A stretch of 64,000 nt of DNA from NCBI GenBank assembly GCA_951406725.2, contig OX597814.1:216938001-217002000 (forward strand). Direction: 5' to 3'. Positions 52,849 to 64,000 of this stretch are shown here, in pieces. The position numbers and the translations under genes are program-made. Source of the stretch: Octopus vulgaris. Taxonomy: Eukaryota. How positions within the stretch are numbered: position 1 is the stretch's first letter; each line of letters opens with the position of its first letter. A model generated the notes under the pieces. That model made no database searches and was not told the DNA's origin. It saw only the letters and a list, made by a program, of their open reading frames with translations.

Positions 52849-53355
52849 AGATCTGTAATCCGCCTGCCGACTTTGTTTCCTCATAACTTCCAGAAAACTT
52901 GTCACGTTTCGACGAGGATTTTTTCCCCAATTTATATCACAGTCCCCGACAAGCTGGGGCATCCTTTAATGAAAAAATATTTCGGAAATTTTTACAATAC
53001 GCCCCACAGTCCACGCGCCCTTATCATCCCACTCTAGACCGATTTAGGCATATTTTTGTATTGTTTTTGGCCCTTCAAAACCATGGGAGAAGCCTTTTTG
53101 GTAAAAAAAAAAAAATTAAGAAAATATTCAAAAAATATCGTTAATATTTTTATTGGGCGACGAAATTCATCGATTTAAGAGATATGGCTGTTGTTTCTAG
53201 CACATGCCAAGACAACCCTCCTCGTTTGTTTATCAATGTCGATAACGAATTGCTGCCGTTGTTTAGATCGATAACAAATCTGTCTTCGATCTGTCTCTCA
53301 TACACACTCCAGCCTTCATAAACATATATTTTCCAAGACACATTGCTTGTGTATA

Positions 53356-53408
<53 letters not shown>

Positions 53409-53730
53409 TAGCAAAGATTTGCTTCACCACATACCGAAGTTTAGAAATAGCAGTCAAAAAATCTTACTTATTCCTTATTTTTCCCCTTTGCCTGCGTGGA
53501 TTATTTTCAAGTACTTTAGTTTTTCTGGGAGTCCCTTTTAAAGTAGAAGGAATAGCTAAGAATTTTTGACTGCTGTTTCTAAACTTCGGTATGTGGGTGA
53601 AGCAAATCTTTACTGAACCCTAATTATAAAATATTACTTAAGCTTACCATGAATTGGTCTTTTTCATGCCGAATTCTATTTGGTAAAATTACTGATTACT
53701 TCTTAATTAATTAATTTTACCCTTTGTTAT

Positions 53731-53823
<93 letters not shown>

Positions 53824-54915
53824 CATAGATGGAGAGAGAGAGGCGCAGGAGTGACTGTGTGGTAAGTAGAATGTTTACCAACCACATTGTTCCGGGTTCA
53901 GTCCCACTGCGTGGCACCTTGGGCAAGTGTCTTCTAATATACCCTCGGGCCGACCAAAGCCTTGTGAGTGGATTTCGTAGATGGAAACTAAAAGAAGCTC
54001 GTCGTATATGTGTGTGTGTGTATAAATATATTTATATGTAGACATGTATGTGTGTATAAATACAATGTATATATATGTGTGTGTGTATAATATATTTATA
54101 TATTAATAATTATATATGTAATTATATGTGTATATGTGTTTGTGTTCTGCCACCACTACCACCTGACAACAGATGATGGTGTGTTTACGTCCCTGTAGCT
54201 TAGCAGTTTGTCAGCGCAAAAGACTCCGATAGAATAAGTACTAGGCTTGTAGAGAATAAATACTTGAGGTCGATGTGTGTTCGAGTGAATGTGGTGTTCC
54301 AGCATGGCCGCGGCCGCCGCACTCAAATTACGGAAACATGTAAAAGTTACAGAAAATATATGCATGCATGCATGCCTGCCTCTAATGGCATCATTACAGA
54401 TCTGTAATCCGCCTGCCGACTTTGTTTCCTCATAACTTCCAGTAAAATTGTCACGTTTCGACGAGGATTTTTTCCCCAATTTATATCACAGCCTCCGACA
54501 AGCTGGGACATCCTTTTATGAAAAGAATCTTCGGATTTCGGAAATTTTTACAATACGACCCAGACTCCACGCGCCCTTATCGTCCCACTCTAGACCGATT
54601 TAGGCATATCTTTGTTTTGTTTTTGTTGTTTTTGGCCCTTCAAAACAACGGGAGAAGCCTTTTTGGTAGAAAATAATAAAGAAAATATTCAAAAAATATC
54701 GTTAATATTTTTATTGGGCGACGAAATTCATCGATTTAAGAAATATGGCTGTTGTTTCTAGCACATGCCAAGGCAACCCTCCTCGTTTGTTTATCAATGT
54801 CGATAACGAATTGCTGCCGTTGTTTAGATCGATAACAAATCTGTCTTCGATCTGTCTCTCACACACACTCCAGCCTTCATAAACATATATTTTCCAAGAC
54901 ACATTGCCTGTGTAT
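52849..54915 (+). repeat. Direct duplication of about 500 bp (52849-53352 and 54398-54915)
   Basis: AGATCTGTAATCCGCCTGCCGAC...TTTTCCAAGACACATTGC appears twice, with near-identical ORFs 53150-53341 and 54711-54902. Confidence 0.9.
53841..54350 (+). mobile_element. tRNA-derived SINE
   Basis: AGGCGCAGGAGTGACTGTGTGGTAAG..GGTTCAGTCCCACTGCGTGGCACCTTGGGCAAG. Same family as 31885-32275. Confidence 0.85.
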
Positions 54916-54916
54916 A

Positions 54917-54991
<75 letters not shown>

Positions 54992-54997
54992 ATATAT

Positions 54998-55040
<43 letters not shown>

Positions 55041-55055
55041 TATATATATATATAT

Positions 55056-55102
<47 letters not shown>
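54912..55102. repeat. (TA)n microsatellite (others at 53351-53405, 53737-53819, 57559-57668)
   Basis: Directly visible. Confidence 0.95.
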
Positions 55103-55105
<3 letters not shown>

Positions 55106-55916
55106 ATATATATAACAACGAAAACAATGGAAAATAATTTAAACAATTAACAATTCTATAATTTCCGTATATTTTGTATAAATAGCTGTTTACGTAACAG
55201 TGACACAATGTTGTCTCAGTTTTTAGACCGAGCAAATGGTTTTAGCTCAAATAGAGTCGATTCATTGGTTAAAATTCGAAAAATTAAACTACGTTAAACA
55301 AACGAATTAAAAATTTATCAAGAAAGCCAAGTGAAAATAATGTTTTCTTTTGACCCATTCTACCAGTATACGAAGTTTTAAAGTGGTTAGTTAACTAGAA
55401 ATTGTGTTGAAAACTGCCGTTCAAAAGGAAAAGATCCGATTTTCCTACACATTCTTTTTTTTTTACACCAGTTGCACTACTTTTATCTGATTTTCGTTTC
55501 CGGGTCAAGTTGTAAACATTAACTGCAACTTGGGATTCGACAAAAATTAGTTAAGTATAATAGAGTACAAATTATTATAGTTTACAAGCGAGAAGTGTAT
55601 GTTTAGCAAGTGCTACCAATCGAGAACTCCGCATACCGGAAGCCTGCAAGTGTATTGGGGGTCATCAGCAGAGAATGCGTGCCGTTTCGGGGCATCAATG
55701 CGCCCCCCAACTCACTAATATGAGACCCCCGCCTGCTAGAGTATAAATTATATTAGTTTACAAGCGAGAAATTATCATTATAAAACATTTATAAACACGA
55801 AGATTATTTGAGGATATTGACTTATAAGTCAATATTTACGTCTTTAACATTTGTTTACACGTTTTGATTATCCATAACATGTAATTCATGATAAATTTAT
55901 ATCGCTTATGGTAAGC

Positions 55917-55989
55917 GGCCGCGTGGCCTAATGGATAAGGCGTCTGACTTCGAATCAGAAGATTGCGAGTTCGAGTCTCGTCGTGGTCG
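55917..55989 (+). tRNA. tRNA-Arg (anticodon TCG)
   Basis: 73-nt cloverleaf GGCCGCG TG GCCTAATGGATAAGGC G TCTGA CTTCGAA TCAGA AGATT GCGAG TTCGAGT CTCGT CGTGGTC G, with a TTTTT Pol III terminator at 55997. Confidence 0.96.
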
Positions 55990-56573
55990 AATAATCTTTT
56001 AACTTTTTAAGTGAGATATTGTTAATTATGTAAAGTATATTTAAATGTATGTATTATATGCTTTTGGTATTTAAGATTTCAGATGTATATTCGACACTTT
56101 GGAAGCCATTTTTGTAAATCGAATTTTCTCCGTTCTCAAAACGTGTTGTCTCCTATATTTAGTTTGAATGTATATTTTCCATTAATTATAGTTTTTTGTA
56201 TTAATCTTCTTGAAATTCAGACTTTAATATTTTTAATTATATCTAATATACCTGTTTTGAAACAGTCGAGGCATCGCTTACGTGGCTCATAACTTCGAGA
56301 AATGCTTGAACATGACACAATACCAACCTCATTTTCTCCTTATATTTCTGAAGTAAGAATTTTAAAATATTCGAGAACAGTGTACAAATAACGAAAAATA
56401 TTTTATAGCTTAAAACCTCAAATTCAAGGTTGAGATTTGATGTCCTTACATTTATTCTTCTCAAACTGTTTGGGTTCTTGGAATTAAAGTTATAATTAAA
56501 ACTATGATGAAACGATAGAAAATTACATGACACAATGCAAATCTAACAGTGAATATTGTTTACAAAATATTAA

Positions 56574-56999
56574 GGCAATCTTTCGTCTCTAGTAGACCTT
56601 TCCGTCGATTTCCGTAAAAATTTTTTTTTTTACATATGGGCTTGCGGGAACTTTTGAAGTATGAGAGCGAAAGAGACTAAGAGAAAGCGATTGTATGACG
56701 AGGGAAGTTCTTTTGAAGTTACCGTGCATGGGAAGCATTGATGTACATGTGTGTGTGTGTGTGTGTGTGTTTGATGGGGTGTGGGAGACAGACAGTATGT
56801 TGTGTAAGTGAAGTGCTTCTGTTAGTGTGTGTGAAGAGACAGAGTAATGTGTGAAAGAGAGAGATAACTGAAATTTTTTACTCGGTGTATGTGTATATGT
56901 ATGTATATTACTTCAAAAGTTCCCGCAAGCCCATATGTAAAAAAAAAAATTTTTTTTACGGAAATCGACGGAAAAGTCTACTAGAGACGAAAGATCGTC
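56574..56999. mobile_element. GGC-ended MITE with TIRs of about 88 bp (same family as the 41-43 kb copies)
   Basis: GGCAATCTTTCGTCTCTAGTAGAC..TTCCGTCGATTTCCGTAAAAA and its inverted copy, flanked by a 16-bp direct repeat GTTTACAAAATATTAA. Confidence 0.88.
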
Positions 57000-57117
57000 G
57001 TTTACAAAATATTAAAATTATGAAAGAAAGTGCTTCAAGGTAGAAGGCGGGGACATTGAAGTACGAAACTGCAGATGATAAACAGCTGCTATCTTTCCAT
57101 GGTTTCTTCAAACCAAA

Positions 57118-57163
57118 ATGACGGACGTCAAAGACCCGGCAATTCCTGCCGTCACAGAAATCA
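57118..57163 (+). CDS. NELFB: Negative elongation factor B, coding exon 1 (MTDVKDPAIPAVTEI)
   Basis: AAAATG start context and GTGAGT donor at 57164. Phase 1 joins in frame to the exon at 58327. Confidence 0.7.
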
Positions 57164-57555
57164 GTGAGTAGAAGCAAGTCTTTCCGTAAAATAACAAAAA
57201 CTGATCTATTTCTTCCCTCAGGATTTTAGTTTACAATGTTTTTTCTCATTATTCACAAATTGCGCCTATGTTTTAATCCCTGAAAGTCCGTGGCGGCGCC
57301 TAAACCCACAACCAAGAACATATTTAAAAAGTTTATTCAGTGAAAATATTCTAAGTTTAATTTGCTGGTTTAGTTTACTTGCATGTATCATTTGAAAAAA
57401 GTAGAATGTTTCTCAAGTGCTTATACAGTTTGTTTCCGATGACAAAATCAATGTTGAAAACTATTTCACTCTTCGTATTTTCTTGCACTGTTTACACAAA
57501 TACCTAAACCCAACACGTTTGTTTTCTACAGCTTCTGTCAATGATAATCTGATAA

Positions 57556-57885
<330 letters not shown>

Positions 57886-58326
57886 AATATATATATATAT
57901 ATATATATGACGTGTGTGCATGTTTTTCATGTATATACATTTATACAGAACATTAAAACCATATACTCTAAACGTTTTAACTTCAGTAAATTTCTGCTGG
58001 ATTTATTCCTCAGCTAAAATTTATCTACTTTCCCTAATATATTTTATTCTGCCAATATTTTTGTGTTATTTTTTTCATCTTCTCTGACAATTTTTGTTAT
58101 TTCTAGATGTTAAAATTCCAGCGTCAGTTTGTGTTTATTTAAGAAATGCAATTATATTTTAAACGGTATTTCATTTCAATAATTTTTTCTTAAGTAATTT
58201 GGTAAGCATTATTTATAATTTTTTGTATTAAAATCTATGGTAAATTGTGAGGTTCTAGTTGCACGTTGGGCAAAACATTGTTTTTTATTCTTTTTTAAAA
58301 AAATTTCCCAATTTTTGTATTTTCAG

Positions 58327-59218
58327 TGAAGGGAAGTGGTCTTGAAGATCTGGGTATGGCTGGCGGAGAATTCCTGCGTGAAGCTTTGACCAACTGTTCA
58401 GACCCACTTCTAGCTATTGAAGAATTCCAGTCTGAAAATGGCATTCTGTTACCGTCACTGAAGCCAGCTCTTCCTTTTCTAGATTTGCATGGAATGCGAC
58501 GTTTAGATTTCCATACTTCTGTTGTGGAAGAACTGAGAGAGAAACTGGTGCAGAAAATCTCAAACTTGGCCAATAGTGCTGATGAGGATCGCTTTAAAAA
58601 ACTCGAGGCATTGCTGCAAAAGTGCTATCCTGCTATCAAAGTAAAAACCTTGCGTCCTGTAGTAATGTGTATATTGAAACATTTACCTGAGATTAAAGAA
58701 GATTATTTGGTTCAAATTGCTGCCAATAGGCAATACTATGAAGAAGCTGCAACTGAAGTTAAAAGGCAGATATGGCAAGACAATCAGTCGCTGTTTGGAG
58801 ATGAAGTTTCTCCCCTTTTTTCTCAGTACATTAAAGAAAAAGAAGAGACATTATTAGGACATGAGAACAGCACATCAGTTTTCTACATGCCTTCTCCTCG
58901 GATGCGACGGCAAGGAGAAGTGGTGCAGAAACTTGTGCACATGATAGGGCGTAGCTTGCAACTGTATGACATGGTGTTGCAGTTTTTACGGACACTTTTT
59001 TTACAGACTCGGAATACACATTACTGCACTTTGAGGGCTGAACTTCTTATGGCACTGCATGATCTTGAGATACAGGAAATCTGCTCTGTTGACCCGTCAC
59101 ATAAATTTACTTGGTGTGTTGATGCATGTGTTCGGGAACGGTTTGTTGACACAAAGCGTGCAAGGGAGCTACAAGGGTTTCTTCATAGTATTAAACAGAG
59201 CCAAGAACAATTACTTGG
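58327..59218 (+). CDS. NELFB: Negative elongation factor B (COBRA1), large coding exon 2
   Basis: LREALTNCSDPLLAIEEFQSENGILLPSLKPALPFLDLHG...VKRQIWQDNQSLFGDEVSPL...LYDMVLQFLRTLF..HYCTLRAELLMALHD..DPSHKFTWCVDACVRE. TTTCAG acceptor and GTTAGT donor. Confidence 0.96.
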
Positions 59219-59486
59219 GTTAGTATTCTATCTGTCCTCTTTCTTTTTTTTTTGTTTCAAAATATTTTGTACAAACATTTTTTGTTTATGAATCTGATTT
59301 ATTAATAATTTGTGTGTGGTGGTTGCAAGGGTTTAACTGGGTGAAGAATGTGACAAGCTAAATGCAACAGATGTTACTAGTTTGTCAGTTAAAAAGCTAC
59401 TAAGACAGAAATTATGAGAATAGGTTGTAATTAGGACATAGAACAGTTAGAAATGGATTTTCAGTTTGACTACTGATATCAATTAA

Positions 59487-59706
59487 CCCTTTAGCATTCA
59501 TATTAATTTGGCAAAAATAATCCTTATTTATTCACATTTAAGAAAATTTATCTGATATTATTTTGTAGCTTCAAGATAGGAAAGATGTAATTGCTTATTT
59601 TTAGAATGACATTGCAGGGTAGGTGTGAGATGCTGGCTCTGGCCAGTTTGAGCATAAAACGTGTAGAATATTTTGGCCAGATACAGCCGGTTTAAACACT
59701 AAAGGG
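59487..59706. mobile_element. piggyBac-like MITE with TTAA TSD
   Basis: TTAA-CCCTTTAG...CTAAAGGG-TTAA. Confidence 0.75.
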
Positions 59707-62254
59707 TTAAATTCAATTAAAAAAACTAGAACTGCAATTCTACAAACCCATCAAATGGAAACTAATTGGTATTAAACATGGAGGCTCTATTTATATCAAT
59801 ATTCATTCAAATCTTGTGTGTCTATCATCTTTTCTAAAACATCCTCTTTGTTATGAAGTATATTCTCAATTTTAGTGGTGGGGGGGTTAACATTAAAAAA
59901 CAGAAATTTAAATTTTTAGAAAATTTTTTTAAAGAAATTTTCTTGAAATCTGTAGATTTTTCTCTAAGAACACCTTAGTTTCTTTGAAATTTTTTGGCTG
60001 AAATTTACTTAATTTCAGAAAACATATTCTCAAGCTTTAATATGAAAACAGACTAATCTAAGAAAGAGTCCTTATTTAGCTTCACTTGCCATGTCCATGG
60101 GATTTGTAGCATTTGTTACCTTTTTCTCAAATAATATTTGACAAGAAGGATCTCTTATTACAGAAAAATCCTTAAACTAGCACTAGTTTTGGTATGTATA
60201 ATTTTTTATGGTACATATAGAGCAAATATGAATGAGTTGTTGAGAATATAGCAATGTCTAATTTTCAGTTACTGTCAAAACAGGTCAGGTGTATATAAAT
60301 TCTAATAACTTAGTATTATTTCCTTTGTTTTTACTAGCCTTAGAAAATGATGTCGTAAAGTCCAGGGTAGCTTCATCTTTCTACACTAACACCTTCGTAT
60401 GGCATCATTTTCCAGGAGCAGATGTAATAATCTTAATCATTTCTATTCTTTGTTGACTTAATTTCTTGTTGCCTATCACTAAAAATACTTGTTTCTTGTT
60501 AGTTTTATTGCTCAATCTCAAAACTTAAATCATCTTACCCAATCAGTTGTAGCATTTTATAATATACCGAATGTATTGTTAATATTCTTCCCCCTCCCCA
60601 TTTTATCATTTTAAGTTTGTGTCTCTGTTTATACCTGAAAATTATTTGTGTTAGTTAAATATTGATAAAGTGCTATTAACTAAAGTTTTATTTGAATATT
60701 TGATTTCAATAACCAAAATTCTACTTACAAACAAATATCTCTGAAAGAATTCAATTTCTATTTACTTTAGAGTACTTTTAACATATTCCTTTACATATAT
60801 ATCTTCCATCTACTTTTGTATGAACAAAATTACAATACATTCCATTTCCCAAAAGCTTCCTTATTTCATCTTTATTTCTATCTTTTGTTTGAAAATTAGC
60901 AAATCTAGCTGTAGAATCTGCTACTAGACAATCTCTGCAATCAATAACCCTCATTGTAAAATTCAATTGGAACCTGAGACATGTATAATGATGATTTCTA
61001 ACATAATCACAAAGGCTAATATTTTGTTGATAGGGAACAGTTTATCAAGAAAAGCAATACAAAAGAACTTGAATTTATTTTTTCAACCTGGAAAGATGAA
61101 AGGCTAAGTCCTCCTAGGCATGATTTAAAACAAAATGTAAAGTGTTGTAATGAAAAACTGCAAGATATTTTGTTTGGTAACTCTATCAGTCCTGCCACCC
61201 AGGAAATGCAAAATGGTATTTTGAAGAAAAACTGCATTGCCTCTTTATTTATTACAGTTTATAGGATTGACCTCACTTCATATAACACTCTCCTGTTACT
61301 TCTGAAACTCTTGTATTTTCAACATTTCCAACTTTCTCAATTACCTCCGACTCTACAAGTTCCAAATATGTAGCACTGTACCATATTATATTTATAAGAC
61401 ATGCTCACTTGAGTCACTGATATCCAGATTAAGGATAGCTTTCCTGATTGATAAGCTGTTATAAAAGTTTTCTATCTCTTTCCCATCCTTTGGGAAAGAG
61501 ATATTCCTTTGCCCCCCCCTTCCTATGTTTTAGTCTTATATTAACTGTTACATACTGCTCTGTGAAACTCTTTACTCCATTTTATATTTTCTAAGCACAT
61601 TGCATGAAAAAATGTGTGTAAAACAGACGTAAATATACATGCACCCACACAGCTATTTTTTTTTTTCTATGATGGAATGGCTGTGCAATACATCCTAATC
61701 CTTGTAATTTCATTTATACATTTTTTCAGGCCTGATTTAATTGTCTCATCTTTACACTTCTGTGCCTGCCTGCTTCTAGCACCAATTCACACACTGCTCT
61801 ATTTGATCCTCATGTCAAAACCAACGCAGTCGTCTCCCTTCCACGCAATGACTCCTGTCGTTGCTGCTTTCTTACTTTCTCAATATGCTTGTGCTTCGTC
61901 TTTCTCATTAATTCGCAATTATATGTGTAACATTCAATGTACAACAGTCTTCTCTTTGTCTTTTTTTTACATCTTCTATTGATACTTTATATTTTTCTTT
62001 CTCTTTTGCTGGCAGATAACTTCACTATTCAGGCGCATTGCTTATTATAGTTTCTGTCCTTTATAGACTACAGTTCTCTTGACTCCTAACCATAAAATGT
62101 ATTATTTCATCTATGTAACAAAACTTATATCCATTTATAGTTAACCATATAAGCTTTATGGCTGTTCCATACTATTTGCTATTCCACATCTTTTGCATCT
62201 ACAATCTTGCTCTCCTAACAGTCTGTCAGACATTTCACTACATTTTTTCGGTAC

Positions 62255-63070
62255 AAATTGTGACATGCATAAGCTTGCAAGAAATGAAGCTAGTATGCTC
62301 CGCTGGATGTGTAATGTCAGTGTGCATACATGACAGAGTGTAAGCACCCCGAGAGAAAAGTTGGACATAAGAAGCATCAGATGTGGTGTGGAAGAGAGAC
62401 GACCGTGCTGGTATGGTCATGTGTTGCGTATGGTTGAGGACAGCTGTGTGAAAAAGTGTCACACCCTAGCAGTAGAGGGTACCTGTGGAAGAGGCAGACC
62501 CAGGAAGGCATGGGATTAGGTGGTGAAGCATGAATTTCAAACATTGGGCCTCACAGAGCTGATGACAAGTGACCAAGACCTTTGCTGTGCTTGAGAAGAC
62601 CTGACAAACCAAGTGAGACCATAACTGTGACTTATGCCAGTGCAGCATAACTGGCCCATTTAAGAGCACCCTTCAATCATTGGGCAATAAACTGTGCTTG
62701 TGAAGACCTGTTGAGTCGAGTGATGTCATTGTCATGGCTGATGCCAGTACTGCTTGATTGGCATGTAAAAAGCACCATTCGAGCATGCTCAATGCCCGTG
62801 TTGCCTGACTGGCTCACGTGCCAATGGCATGTAAAAAGCTCCATTCAAGCTTGGTTGATGCCAGTACTGCCTGACTGACCCTCATGCTGGTGGCATGTAA
62901 AAAGTACCCACTACACTTTTGGGGTTGTTGGCATTAGGAAGGGCATCCAAGTATAGAAACTTTGAGAGATCAGATTGGAGCCTGGTGTAGCCTTCTGGTT
63001 GGCTAGCCCTCCATCAAACTGGCCAACCCATGCCAGCATGGAAAGTAGACATTAAACGATGATGATGATG
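62255..63070 (+). mobile_element. 5'-truncated RTE LINE in NELFB intron 2
   Basis: RNEASMLRWMCNVS..LDIRSIRCGVEERRPCWYGHVLRM..CVKKCHTLAVEGTCGRGRPRKAW, with a (GAT)n tail. Confidence 0.88.
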
Positions 63071-63389
63071 AATAAGGTTGTTAGCACATGTAAATTTCTG
63101 AGGTCTTTCTCTATTAAACTGATCAAAAACTTAAATGAAAAGAGCTGTGAATAGATACTGTCTTAGCTTGTCTAGCTATACTTTAGGTTCTTTACCAAGT
63201 TTGATGTTGATTTTAATTTTACTTTATTCTCAAGTGTGGGTGTATATGATAATCTGTAGATGTAAGTGGATATTTTAAATATTACACTTAAAATAAACTG
63301 CAATATATTTGTGTCTTTCAATAATATTTTCTTTATTAATAACATCATTGCAAATGTTGTTATTAATTATTTTGTTTCTCTTTATTTAG

Positions 63390-63492
63390 AGACCTTGCAA
63401 TGATCTTATGCGATCCTTTTACACTGCACACAATATCTCTTTCTACAGTAAAGGCTCTACAGCATTGTATCAACTTTGAATTGCTTCCACGT
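63390..63492 (+). CDS. NELFB: Negative elongation factor B, coding exon 3 (gene continues beyond the window)
   Basis: TTTAG acceptor, phase 2, translating as (G)DLAMILCDPFTLHTISLSTVKALQHCINFELLPR, then a GTAAGT donor. Confidence 0.93.
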
Positions 63493-64000
63493 GTAAGTAG
63501 GTTTCTTTTTTACATTTTACTAGATATTTTGCAACATCTTTAATATGGTTTATTAAAGATAGTTCACAAATTGTTTTTTTAGTTTTCAAAATGGTATTCA
63601 TCAAATTCAAAATCAAGTCGGACTTTTATGATAAATTTGGACTAGTGTAAATGTAACCTCTCACTGCTTAATAACTGTTATCTGCTATTAAGTTTGTATG
63701 GTATGGACTAGAAAGCCCCTGATCACACTTATATTCGAAGAGGATTCTTATTGCTAAAATCTATCATATTTAAACTAGGAATCTGATTATTTTTGGTAAA
63801 ATATTTGTATTGTGAATTAATACAAGTTGAAGTATCAAAACACTTTTTACTTTTAAAAGAGAAAGGGTTGTCTTGTTTGCATCATTTTTTAAAGCTCTTA
63901 TATGAAAATGGTAATTTTTCAAGATATTTTCTTTTACAGACTATTCTATAAAGTGTAATGTTCAAACTAAAACACAATTTCCTCCTCTTTCTTTTAAAAG

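Noticed and set aside
53841-53910. tRNA genes at SINE heads
   Set aside because: A/B boxes are present but there is no closed cloverleaf, and the sequence continues into the SINE body.
54904-55235. Poly-IY ORFs (also near 40.2, 53.8 and 57.5 kb)
   Set aside because: Translations of (TA)n microsatellites.
59219-59291. C-terminal extension of the 321-aa ORF (LVFYLSSFFFF...)
   Set aside because: Intron read-through. NELFB homology resumes at 63390 after the GTTAGT donor.
60778-61373. Protein-like short frames in NELFB intron 2
   Set aside because: No motif I can name and no consistent splice signals. Possibly an old transposon remnant.
63932-63960. TTTTACAG as the acceptor of NELFB exon 4
   Set aside because: The phase-0 frame hits TAA after three codons and shows no NELFB similarity.

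Overview
AT-rich, intron- and repeat-rich eukaryotic DNA, almost certainly from a coleoid cephalopod (Octopus-like), judged from the single-exon poly-C2H2 gene style, the SINE families and the (TA)n/(CA)n density. Bases 1-27172 are a tandem macrosatellite of 8 units (four of about 3.57 kb, three of about 3.43 kb, one deleted 2.4 kb unit) built from a dead MIB-like ankyrin-RING-Death-domain gene. Next come L1/Tx1, RTE and Gypsy relics (27-31 kb) and an unprocessed kinesin-14 (KIFC1/Ncd-like) pseudogene on the minus strand whose splice sites are intact (32.8-40.9 kb). A nested retroelement/MITE palindrome with a flipped spacer sits at 41-43.5 kb, followed by Helitrons, a disrupted C2H2 zinc-finger gene with about 17 fingers, a Penelope-type minimal hammerhead-like motif, tRNA-Arg(TCG), and the first three coding exons of NELFB (COBRA1). 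I found no evidence of a new intact multi-gene system. The most interesting signals are the pseudogene macrosatellite, an apparently ORF1-only retroelement that shares its 3' tail with SINEs, the inverted spacer and the hammerhead-like motif. All family calls come from manual translation and motif recognition, not database searches.
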